DNA from: an uncultured Pseudomonadales bacterium
GTDB taxonomy: Bacteria > Pseudomonadota > Gammaproteobacteria > Pseudomonadales > Natronospirillaceae
Assembly: GCA_963925745.1 (NCBI GenBank)
Contig: CAWUUZ010000054.1
Span: forward strand, 1 to 25,996
Direction: 5' to 3'
DNA length: 25,996 nt
Shown here: positions 16,110-24,166 of the stretch, in pieces
How positions within the stretch are numbered: the first letter of the stretch is position 1
Layout: each line of letters starts with the position of its first letter
Position numbers and translations under genes: made by a program
Notes under the pieces: generated by a model
Databases searched by the model: none
What the model was told of the DNA's origin: nothing
Seen by the model: only the letters and a program-made list of their open reading frames with translations

Positions 16110-17462
16110 ATGAAATCTCTTGAAGAATGGCTCACTAAGAACAAGATCACTGAAATCGAATGTGTGACACCTGATCAAACGGGCATCGCACGGGGCAAGA
16201 TCATGCCTACGGATAAGTTTATCGCTGAAAAAGGCATTCGTTTGCCTGAAAGCGTTTTGTTGCAGACAGCAACAGGGGACTATCCCGATAACGACATATT
16301 TTACGATCTGCTTGATCCTGCTGATATCGACATGGAGCTCAAGCCTGATCCAGGTGCCGTATTTATGGTTCCCTGGGCGCTAGAGCCTACGGCAATGATC
16401 ATTCATGATTGCTACAACCGTCAGGGCGCACCCATTTCACTGTCGTCGCGCAACCTGCTAAAGCACGTGATGTCCCTGTATAAAAAAGAAGGGTTTGAGG
16501 CGGTCGTTGCCCCTGAAGTCGAGTTTTATCTCACCAAAAAAATGATTGACCCAGATTTGCCATTGCAGCCACCTATTGGCCGCAGCGGACGTCCTGAAGT
16601 CGGACGAAAGTCATTTAGCATTGATGCGGTCAACGAGTTTGACCCCATTACTGAAGATATTTATGACTATGCAGAGGCGCAGGGTCTGGATATCGATACC
16701 CTGATTCATGAAGAGGGTGCTGCCCAGTTGGAGTTTAACTTCCGACATGGCGATCCGTTAAAGCTTGCCGATCAGGTGTTTGTTTTCAAACGCACGGTAC
16801 GAGAGGCAGCCTTAAAGCACGAAATCAACGCAACCTTTATGGCCAAGCCTGTTGCCGATGAGCCTGGCAGTGCCATGCACATCCATATCTCTGTTTTGGA
16901 CATCAAAACGGGCAAGAACATTTTCTCGAATGCCGATGGTACGATGAATGAGCGTTTCAGACACTTTGTGGGTGGTCTTCAGCACTACATTCCCTTTTTA
17001 ATGCCCATGTTTGCACCCAACGTGAACTCATACCGCCGCTTTTTTGCGGGTGAATCCTACGCAGCACCGGTTAACCTCGATTGGGGTGAAGAGAACCGTA
17101 CCTGTGGTTTGCGTGTTCCTGCCTCGCCACCACAGGCCCGTCGGATTGAAAACCGATTGCCTGGTGCCGACGTGAACCCTTACTTGGCAATTGCCGCGAC
17201 AATGGCGTGTGGCTATCTGGGTATGAAGGAAAAGATAGAGCCAAGACGTATGGTTACCGGTCGGGCTGTTGCTGTGGCCGAGGTCGATGTGCCTTGGAAT
17301 ATTGAGCAGGCACTAGACAAGATGCTTGAGTGCGAGGAAATGCGTGAGCTATTGACTGACGACTTTGTCAGGGGTTTTGTTGCTACCCGTTGGGCAGAAT
17401 TCGAAAACTTTAAGCGCGTCATCAGTTCTTGGGAACGCGAGCACTTGATGTCATCAGTTTAA
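16110..17462 (+). CDS. spuB: Second glutamine synthetase-like gamma-glutamylpolyamine synthetase (SpuB type)
   Basis: PDQTGIARGKIMP, APEVEFYL, HEEGAAQLEFNF, FMAKP...PGSAMHIH, WGEENRTCGLRVP and RIENRLPGADVNPYL. It lies between spuA and spuC. Confidence 0.88.
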   Translation: MKSLEEWLTKNKITEIECVTPDQTGIARGKIMPTDKFIAEKGIRLPESVLLQTATGDYPDNDIFYDLLDPADIDMELKPDPGAVFMVPWALEPTAMIIHDCYNRQGAPISLSSRNLLKHVMSLYKKEGFEAVVAPEVEFYLTKKMIDPDLPLQPPIGRSGRPEVGRKSFSIDAVNEFDPITEDIYDYAEAQGLDIDTLIHEEGAAQLEFNFRHGDPLKLADQVFVFKRTVREAALKHEINATFMAKPVADEPGSAMHIHISVLDIKTGKNIFSNADGTMNERFRHFVGGLQHYIPFLMPMFAPNVNSYRRFFAGESYAAPVNLDWGEENRTCGLRVPASPPQARRIENRLPGADVNPYLAIAATMACGYLGMKEKIEPRRMVTGRAVAVAEVDVPWNIEQALDKMLECEEMRELLTDDFVRGFVATRWAEFENFKRVISSWEREHLMSSV

Positions 17463-17494
17463 GCCTGTAGGGCACATTATTATTAGAGGTAGTT

Positions 17495-18871
17495 ATGTCA
17501 GGTAAAAACAATTTAAAAGAGTTACAGGCGCTAGATGCCAAACACCACGTGCACCCATTTACAGATGCGGGCGCACTGAATGCCAAGGGTACGCGGATAA
17601 TTGAGCGTGCCGAAGGTGTTTATCTGTACGACACAGAAGGTAACAAGATTCTTGATGGTATGGCTGGACTGTGGTGCGTCAACCTGGGTTATGGACGTAA
17701 AGAGTTGGTCGATGCTGCCACTGCGCAGATGACTGAGCTTCCTTATTACAACAGTTTTTTCCAGTGCACCACGCCTGTTACCGTGCAGCTTGCAGCGAAG
17801 ATCGCTGAAGTGGCACCTGCGCACATGAACCATGTATTTTTTACCGGTTCAGGTTCTGAGGCAAACGATACGGTCGTGCGTATGTCACGTCGTTATTGGG
17901 CCTTGAAGGGTCAGCCTGAACGTCAGGTCATTATTGGACGCAACAATGGTTACCATGGCTCCACGGTGGCTGGTGCGTCATTAGGCGGCATGAAGTTCAT
18001 GCATGAGCAGGGTGGTCTTCCCATCCCTAATATCAGCCACATTCGTCAACCTTATTGGTTTGGTGAAGGCGGTGATATGGACCAAGACGAATTTGGTTTG
18101 CTGTGCGCCCAAGCGCTAGAAGAACGTATTTTGGCCCTAGGTCCCGATAAGGTTGCAGCTTTTATAGCTGAGCCGCTTCAGGGTGCTGGCGGCGTTATCA
18201 TTCCACCAGCAAGCTACTGGCCTGCGATTTCGAAGATCGTTAAAAAATACGATATTCTTTTGGTGGTTGATGAAGTGATTTGCGGCTTTGGCCGCACAGG
18301 CGAGTGGTTTGGTTCTAACTATTTCAATATTGAACCTGACTTGATGCCCATTGCAAAAGGCTTGTCGTCAGGCTACCTGCCTATCGGTGGTGTGATCATT
18401 TCTGACCGTGTTGCTGATGTGATCATCAACCAGTGCGGCGAGTTTGCGCATGGCTTTACTTACTCTGGACACCCTACGTGTGCAGCGGTAGCGCTTGAAA
18501 CCATCCGTATCTTGCAAGATGAAAAGATTGTTGAAAATGTGCGTGACAACCTTGCTCCTTATTTGAAAGAGCGTTGGTCATCACTCGAATCACACCCCTT
18601 GGTGGGTGAGGCCAGAAGCCTAGGTCTCGTAGGTGCTTTGGAGCTCGTTAAAGACAAGAAAACGCGTGAGCGCTTCTCGACTTCGGGTGCAACAGGGGCA
18701 TTGGTTCGTGATTATTGCGTGAAAAATGGTATTGTTATGCGAGCGGTAGGTGAAACGATGATTATTTCTCCACCGTTGGTGATAACACGTGATGAGATCG
18801 ATGAGTTGGTATCAAAGGCAAGAAAGAGTTTGGATGAAGCTGCAGAGTCAATGGGCATTGCAGTCAACTAA
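17495..18871 (+). CDS. spuC: Class III PLP aminotransferase, putrescine:pyruvate type
   Basis: HHVHPFTD, DGMAGLWCVNLGYGR, FTGSGSEAND, YHGST, FIAEPLQGAGG, DEVICGFGRTG, PLP lysine in AKGLSSGY, and HGFTYSGHP. Confidence 0.9.
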   Translation: MSGKNNLKELQALDAKHHVHPFTDAGALNAKGTRIIERAEGVYLYDTEGNKILDGMAGLWCVNLGYGRKELVDAATAQMTELPYYNSFFQCTTPVTVQLAAKIAEVAPAHMNHVFFTGSGSEANDTVVRMSRRYWALKGQPERQVIIGRNNGYHGSTVAGASLGGMKFMHEQGGLPIPNISHIRQPYWFGEGGDMDQDEFGLLCAQALEERILALGPDKVAAFIAEPLQGAGGVIIPPASYWPAISKIVKKYDILLVVDEVICGFGRTGEWFGSNYFNIEPDLMPIAKGLSSGYLPIGGVIISDRVADVIINQCGEFAHGFTYSGHPTCAAVALETIRILQDEKIVENVRDNLAPYLKERWSSLESHPLVGEARSLGLVGALELVKDKKTRERFSTSGATGALVRDYCVKNGIVMRAVGETMIISPPLVITRDEIDELVSKARKSLDEAAESMGIAVN

Positions 18872-19006
18872 TACAACAGATACACCGTGAACGGCTACTT
18901 TGGTGGCACATAGAGAACTACTAACAAAAACGATAATAAGACGCCCTCAATCACTTGGGTCGGGCAGGTTCGATCCAAGTTCGTTGGGGCATGTTTGGAG
19001 AGCAAT

Positions 19007-20101
19007 ATGAAGATAACTTTTAAAAAGACAGCCATGGCGTTGGCCGCCGTTGCAACCTTAGGCGCAAGCACAGCAGCAACAGCTGCTGAACTGCGCTTCT
19101 ACAACTGGTCTGACTATATCGCTGAAGACACCATAGAAAAATTTACTGCTGCAACTGGTATCGATGTCATTTATGACATGTTTGACTCTAACGAAGTGCT
19201 GGAAGCGAAGGTACTTACAGGTCAGTCTGGCTATGATTTGGTTGTTCCTACATCCGATTTCATGGCACGCCAAATTCAGGCTGGTGCATACCAGAAGCTG
19301 GATAAGTCAAAGATTCCAAACTTTAAAAACCTAGATCCAAAGCTGATGGCCATCTTGGATTCTTTTGATCCAGGTGCTGAGTATTCAGTTCCTTATCTTT
19401 GGGGTACCACAGGTATCGGTTATAACGTTGAAAAAGTTGCCGAGCGTTTGGGCGAAGATTTCGACACAGTTACCTGGGATATGGTTTTTGATCCAGCCGT
19501 TATTTCAAAATTGGCGGATTGCGGTGTGACCATGCTAGATGCACCGTCTGAAATCTATCTGTCAGCCTTGACTTACCTGGGCCTTGATCCTTATACCCGC
19601 GATCAAGCGGATTTCGACAAGGCAACTGAGTTGTTGATGTCGGTTCGTAAGTATGTGACTTACTTCCACAGCTCAAACTACATCACTGACCTTGCAAACG
19701 GCGATATCTGTGTTGCAGTTGGTTGGAGTGGCGATATCTTCATGGCTGGTATGCGTGCTGAAGAAGCCGAAAATGGCAATGAAATCGCTTATGTGATTCC
19801 TAAAGAAGGTGCGTTGCTTTGGTCTGACATGTTGGTGATTCCTGCCAGCGCAAACAATGTTGATGAAGCACACGAGATGATTAACTTTATTCTTGATGCA
19901 CAGATTGGCGGCGATATTACCAACTATGTTTGGTATGCAAGCCCGAACCTCGCTGCACATGAGTTTATTGATCCTGAGATCTTAGAGCACCCTGGTATCT
20001 TCCCAGGTGCAGAGACCAAGTTGATTTATAACGAAGTCCGTCCTAAGAAAATTGACCGTGTTATTACCCGCGGTTGGACTAAGGTTAAATCTAGCCAGTA
20101 A
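19007..20101 (+). CDS. potF: Polyamine ABC transporter periplasmic binding protein (PotF/SpuD family)
   Basis: Signal peptide, YNWSDYI, DSNEVLEAK, PYLWGTTGIGYN, FHSSNYI.DLANGDIC, GWSGDI and IPKEG. GGAG lies 6 nt before the ATG. Confidence 0.93.
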   Translation: MKITFKKTAMALAAVATLGASTAATAAELRFYNWSDYIAEDTIEKFTAATGIDVIYDMFDSNEVLEAKVLTGQSGYDLVVPTSDFMARQIQAGAYQKLDKSKIPNFKNLDPKLMAILDSFDPGAEYSVPYLWGTTGIGYNVEKVAERLGEDFDTVTWDMVFDPAVISKLADCGVTMLDAPSEIYLSALTYLGLDPYTRDQADFDKATELLMSVRKYVTYFHSSNYITDLANGDICVAVGWSGDIFMAGMRAEEAENGNEIAYVIPKEGALLWSDMLVIPASANNVDEAHEMINFILDAQIGGDITNYVWYASPNLAAHEFIDPEILEHPGIFPGAETKLIYNEVRPKKIDRVITRGWTKVKSSQ

Positions 20102-20112
20102 TCGTTATGGCA

Positions 20113-20135
20113 ACGTGACTCTTTCTGAGTCACGT
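20113..20135 (+). other. Perfect 9-bp stem-loop after potF
   Basis: acgtgactc-tttct-gagtcacgt. Confidence 0.6.
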
Positions 20136-20148
20136 CTATTGTAAATGT

Positions 20149-20187
20149 GGTATGAAACGGTGCATGGCAGCGTTTCATACCTTTTTT
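20149..20187 (+). terminator. Internal Rho-independent terminator between potF and potG
   Basis: ggtatgaaacg-(11 nt)-cgtttcatacc followed by tttttt. Confidence 0.8.
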
Positions 20188-20274
20188 GGTCCTACCATTG
20201 ATAGCGCAGCAGTTAAGAGTGAATCAAGCACCATACCTCGACCTGTTTGCAGCATTTAAGTCCGGAGATACATA

Positions 20275-21408
20275 ATGGCGCTAGCGTCCCCCTCTGCAGT
20301 CAAACCACAAGATGCGTCAGAAGTTTTGGTTGAAATTAAACAGGTTTCCAAAACGTTTGATACTACTTGGGCGGTTGACGATGTTTCCCTTGAAATTAAA
20401 CGGGGTGAAATTTTTGCACTCTTAGGTGCATCAGGAAGTGGCAAGTCGACGCTTTTACGTATGTTGGCTGGTTTTGAAAAGCCGACGCAGGGAAGTCTTT
20501 TTCTAGATGGCGAAGACATTACCAAGGTACCGCCGCACAAACGCGCAATTAACATGATGTTTCAGTCCTATGCACTGTTTCCGCATATGACGATAGAGCA
20601 AAATATTGCCTTTGGCTTGAAGCAAGACAACATGCCTAAAGACCAGATAATCGAACGTGTGTCCCGCATGTTAAAGCTGGTACACATGGAAAAATACGCC
20701 CGCCGCCGCCCAGACCAACTGTCTGGTGGTCAGAAGCAGCGTGTCGCATTAGCCCGATCTCTCGCCAAACAACCCAAGTTGCTGCTCCTAGATGAGCCGA
20801 TGGGCGCTTTGGACAAAAAGTTGCGTACAGAGATGCAGCTCGAGGTTGTGGATATTTTAGAAAAAGTGGGTGCAACCTGTGTGATGGTGACCCACGATCA
20901 GGAAGAAGCCATGACCATGGCCTATCGCATGGCAATCATGGACCTAGGCAAAATTGTACAGATCGGTACTCCTCGGGATATTTACGAAAGCCCGAACAGC
21001 CGTAATACCGCAGAATTCATTGGTTCAATCAATATTTTTGAAGGCCGTATCGTTGATGATCAAGACTCTCAACTGACGCTTGAGTCACCAGACCTTGATA
21101 CGCCGATTATGGTAGGTCATGGGGTGAGTACCTCAGTTGATGTTAAGGACCTCCTATATGCCATTCGTCCAGAAAAAACCATGCTGTCTCGGGGTCGTCC
21201 CTCACAGCATTGCAACTGGGCTGAGGGTATTGTCGATGACATCGCTTACCTGGGTGGTCATTCCATTTTTTATGTGAAGCTCAACCGTACGGGCAAGATC
21301 GTGCAGTGTTTCTTAGCAAACACCGAACGTCGAAATGATGCACCTGTCTGGAATGACCGTGTCTATGTCCATTGGGATGAATTTGCAGGGGTGGTACTCA
21401 ACTCATGA
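20275..21408 (+). CDS. potG: Polyamine ABC transporter ATP-binding subunit (PotG/SpuF)
   Basis: Walker A GASGSGKST, MMFQSYALFPHM, LSGGQKQR, LLLLDEP, VTHDQEEA and a C-terminal TOBE-like region. Confidence 0.95.
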   Translation: MALASPSAVKPQDASEVLVEIKQVSKTFDTTWAVDDVSLEIKRGEIFALLGASGSGKSTLLRMLAGFEKPTQGSLFLDGEDITKVPPHKRAINMMFQSYALFPHMTIEQNIAFGLKQDNMPKDQIIERVSRMLKLVHMEKYARRRPDQLSGGQKQRVALARSLAKQPKLLLLDEPMGALDKKLRTEMQLEVVDILEKVGATCVMVTHDQEEAMTMAYRMAIMDLGKIVQIGTPRDIYESPNSRNTAEFIGSINIFEGRIVDDQDSQLTLESPDLDTPIMVGHGVSTSVDVKDLLYAIRPEKTMLSRGRPSQHCNWAEGIVDDIAYLGGHSIFYVKLNRTGKIVQCFLANTERRNDAPVWNDRVYVHWDEFAGVVLNS

Positions 21409-22310
21409 TACTCAGAACCTTGCGCCGATTGTCAGGTGAAAAATTAGTCGCCGGCATCCCTATGATTTGGCTGCTTGTGTTCTTTTTGTTGCCCTTTATT
21501 ATCGTGGCCAAAATTTCACTCGCACAGTCTGCTATAGCCATTCCGCCCTATACCGCTATGTTTGATTGGGCCGAGTCACGACTCGCCATTTTTGTCGACT
21601 TTAGCAGCTATGTTTGGTTGACCGAAGATACGCTCTATCTCGATGCCTATTTGAACAGTATTAAGATCGCGTTCTTTTCAACGCTGATTTGTTTGTTGGT
21701 TGGCTATCCTATGGCATACGCCATAGCCCAGGCACCGAAAAGCAAACAGCCTCTGTGGTTGCTGTTGGTCTTGCTACCCAGCTGGACGTCTTTTTTGATT
21801 CGCATCTATGCTTGGATTGGACTGCTCAAGAATAACGGCTTGATCAATAACTTTTTGATGTGGACCGGCATTATTAACGAACCCATACAGATGCTGCATA
21901 CCGATTTTGCAGTCTATGTGGGTATTGTTTACGCCTATTTGCCTTTCATGATTTTGCCGCTCTATGCCAATCTGGTGAAACATGACAACTCCTTGCTGGA
22001 AGCAGCGAGGGATTTGGGTGCACGCAGCATCACGATCTTTTCCCGCATTACCTTGCCGTTATCAAAAAATGGCATGGTGGCAGGTTCGATGTTGGTGTTT
22101 ATTCCGGTCGTCGGCGAATATGTTATCCCCGAGTTATTGGGCGGTAGTGGCACCGTTATGATCGGTAAGGTGCTGTGGCAAGAATTCTTTAATAACCGAG
22201 ACTGGTCTGTTGCAGCAGCGCTTGCAGCGATCATGGTAGCGATCCTCATTGTACCGATTATGTTGTTTCACCGGTATGAGCAGAAGACTTTGGAGGAGAA
22301 CGCATCATGA
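21405..22310 (+). CDS. potH: Polyamine ABC transporter permease (PotH/SpuG)
   Basis: IPMIWLLVFFLLPF, WTSFLIR.YAW and EAA loop LLEAARDLGA. ATGA overlap with potG. Confidence 0.94.
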   Translation: MILRTLRRLSGEKLVAGIPMIWLLVFFLLPFIIVAKISLAQSAIAIPPYTAMFDWAESRLAIFVDFSSYVWLTEDTLYLDAYLNSIKIAFFSTLICLLVGYPMAYAIAQAPKSKQPLWLLLVLLPSWTSFLIRIYAWIGLLKNNGLINNFLMWTGIINEPIQMLHTDFAVYVGIVYAYLPFMILPLYANLVKHDNSLLEAARDLGARSITIFSRITLPLSKNGMVAGSMLVFIPVVGEYVIPELLGGSGTVMIGKVLWQEFFNNRDWSVAAALAAIMVAILIVPIMLFHRYEQKTLEENAS

Positions 22311-23143
22311 GAACCTTTAGCTTTAGTAAATTCATGTTTTGGGCGGGTTTGACCTTCCTCTATGTGCCAATGGTTATCTTGGTGATTTACTCATTTAACG
22401 AGTCGCGACTGGTGACTGTATGGATGGGCTGGTCGGTTAAATGGTACGGCGAACTGTTCCAAGACACACAGATCATGAGTGCGGTGCAACGGTCGCTGGA
22501 AATTGCCTTTATGTCAGCTACCTCGGCAGTCTTCTTTGGCATGCTATCGAGCTGGACCATGGTTCGACTTGGTAACTTTACGGGTAAAACCCTGTTTGGC
22601 GGTATGATCACGGCGCCATTGGTTATGCCCGACGTGATTATCGGTCTGTCCTTGTTGCTGTTATTTGTGGCCTTTTCGCAACTGATCGGCTTTCCTAAGG
22701 AACGGGGCATGCTGACCATTTGGATCGCACACACCACGTTCGGAATGGCCTACGCAACGGTTGTTATCAGTAGCCGCTTACGCGAGATGGATGCCAGTAT
22801 CGAAGAAGCAGCGATGGATCTGGGTGCACCACCACTTAAGGTGTTCTTTGCCATCACCCTGCCTCTGATACTACCCGCGGTCGCCTCAGCGTGGCTGTTG
22901 GCCTTTACCCTGTCGCTTGATGACGTGGTTATCGCCAGTTTCGTAACGGGACCTGGTGCCACAACCTTGCCAATCGAAGTGTTGTCTTCAGTACGTCGCG
23001 GTGTGTCACCCAAGATTAACGTCTTGGCGTCACTGATTATTTTTGCGGTGTCTCTGGTGACCTTTGCTGTCTGGTATGTGGGCAGACGCATTGAGAAAAA
23101 CCGTCTGAAAGCCATAGCTGACGATGCTTTGCTAGAATCATGA
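22307..23143 (+). CDS. potI: Polyamine ABC transporter permease (PotI/SpuH)
   Basis: FLYVPM...YSFNES, APLVMPDVI.GLSLLL, EEAAMDLGA, SLDD.VIASF and PKIN.LAS. ATGA overlap with potH. Confidence 0.94.
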   Translation: MRTFSFSKFMFWAGLTFLYVPMVILVIYSFNESRLVTVWMGWSVKWYGELFQDTQIMSAVQRSLEIAFMSATSAVFFGMLSSWTMVRLGNFTGKTLFGGMITAPLVMPDVIIGLSLLLLFVAFSQLIGFPKERGMLTIWIAHTTFGMAYATVVISSRLREMDASIEEAAMDLGAPPLKVFFAITLPLILPAVASAWLLAFTLSLDDVVIASFVTGPGATTLPIEVLSSVRRGVSPKINVLASLIIFAVSLVTFAVWYVGRRIEKNRLKAIADDALLES

Positions 23144-23157
23144 TAACTCCGTCCCAA

Positions 23158-23218
23158 CGGCGTTCCCCTGTAATTTAGGGACGCCGAGGGGCGATACCAA
23201 GATCGTTCTGATCTTGGT
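23158..23218 (+). other. Two stem-loops between potI and the EamA gene
   Basis: cggcgttccc...gggacgccg (23158-23186) and accaagatc-gttct-gatcttggt (23196-23218), followed only by a weak U-tract. Confidence 0.5.
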
Positions 23219-23260
23219 CCTTTACAGCAGGGATGTGCTGTGACCCATTCGGATTAACTG

Positions 23261-24151
23261 ATGACATACGCATCTCGAGCCACCCTTATCGGGAGCATCT
23301 CTGTGTTGCTCTGGGGCACCCTGGCTTCCTTTATCGTATTGACTGAAAATCTAATACCCCCCTTTCAACTGCTCTCCATGACCTTTGGCATCGCCTTTGT
23401 CTTGATGCTGTTACGCTGGCTAAAGCAGGGCCATTTAGGGCTGCAGTTTATCAGACAACCTCCCCTAGCCTGGGCGCTAGGCGTTGGCGGTCTGTTTGGT
23501 TACCACCTGGCCTTGTTTATCGCGATGGCCCATGCCCCTGTGGCAGAGGCCAACCTGCTGAATTACCTATGGCCCCTCTTGATTGTGCTGTTTGCATCTC
23601 AATTGCCGGGCGAGACGTTAAGGCGTCAGCACATTGTGGGCGCGTTGCTTGCGTTGGTGGGTTGCTGGATATTGCTGTCCGGAAATGGTGAGGGCTTTAA
23701 CAGCGCCTTTATGCTGGGCTATGGTGCGGCGATTGTCGCTGCAGTGATTTGGTCGTCCTATTCGGTTTTAAGCCGTTTTGTTAGAAATGTACCTACGGAT
23801 GCTGTTGGCTGGTTTTGTGCAGCGACCGCACTGCTGGCATTCATCTGTCACCTCCTGTGGGAAACAACCGTTTGGCCAACTGCCTCGACCCAATGGGTGG
23901 GCGTTATTGGCCTCGGGCTTGGACCCGTGGGGCTGGCCTTTTTTACCTGGGATCACGGCATGAAGCATGGCAACCTGCCCCTGTTGGGGGTTTTGGCATT
24001 TGCCACGCCCTTGATTTCTACCCTGATGATGATTGGATTGGGTCTGGTGCCAGCAACAGCCAATGTCGCCATTGCGAGTTTGGCCATCACCCTCGGTGCT
24101 GTTATCGCCGGTATAAAGGTGCCCCGTTTTCGCAAAAAGCAGCCTGCCTAA
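23261..24151 (+). CDS. EamA/DMT-family transporter (YddG-like)
   Basis: About 10 hydrophobic segments in two repeats; ATLIGSISVLLWG, EANLLNYLWP, WSSYSVLSR, GLGP.GLAFFTWD.GMK.G and P.ISTL. Confidence 0.88.
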   Translation: MTYASRATLIGSISVLLWGTLASFIVLTENLIPPFQLLSMTFGIAFVLMLLRWLKQGHLGLQFIRQPPLAWALGVGGLFGYHLALFIAMAHAPVAEANLLNYLWPLLIVLFASQLPGETLRRQHIVGALLALVGCWILLSGNGEGFNSAFMLGYGAAIVAAVIWSSYSVLSRFVRNVPTDAVGWFCAATALLAFICHLLWETTVWPTASTQWVGVIGLGLGPVGLAFFTWDHGMKHGNLPLLGVLAFATPLISTLMMIGLGLVPATANVAIASLAITLGAVIAGIKVPRFRKKQPA

Positions 24152-24166
24152 CCTCAGCGCTTGAGA

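Noticed and set aside
18963-18980. tRNA fragment (ggttcgatcc resembles a T-loop)
   Set aside because: The T-stem does not pair and there is no acceptor, D or anticodon arm. The bases are better explained by the long leader hairpin.
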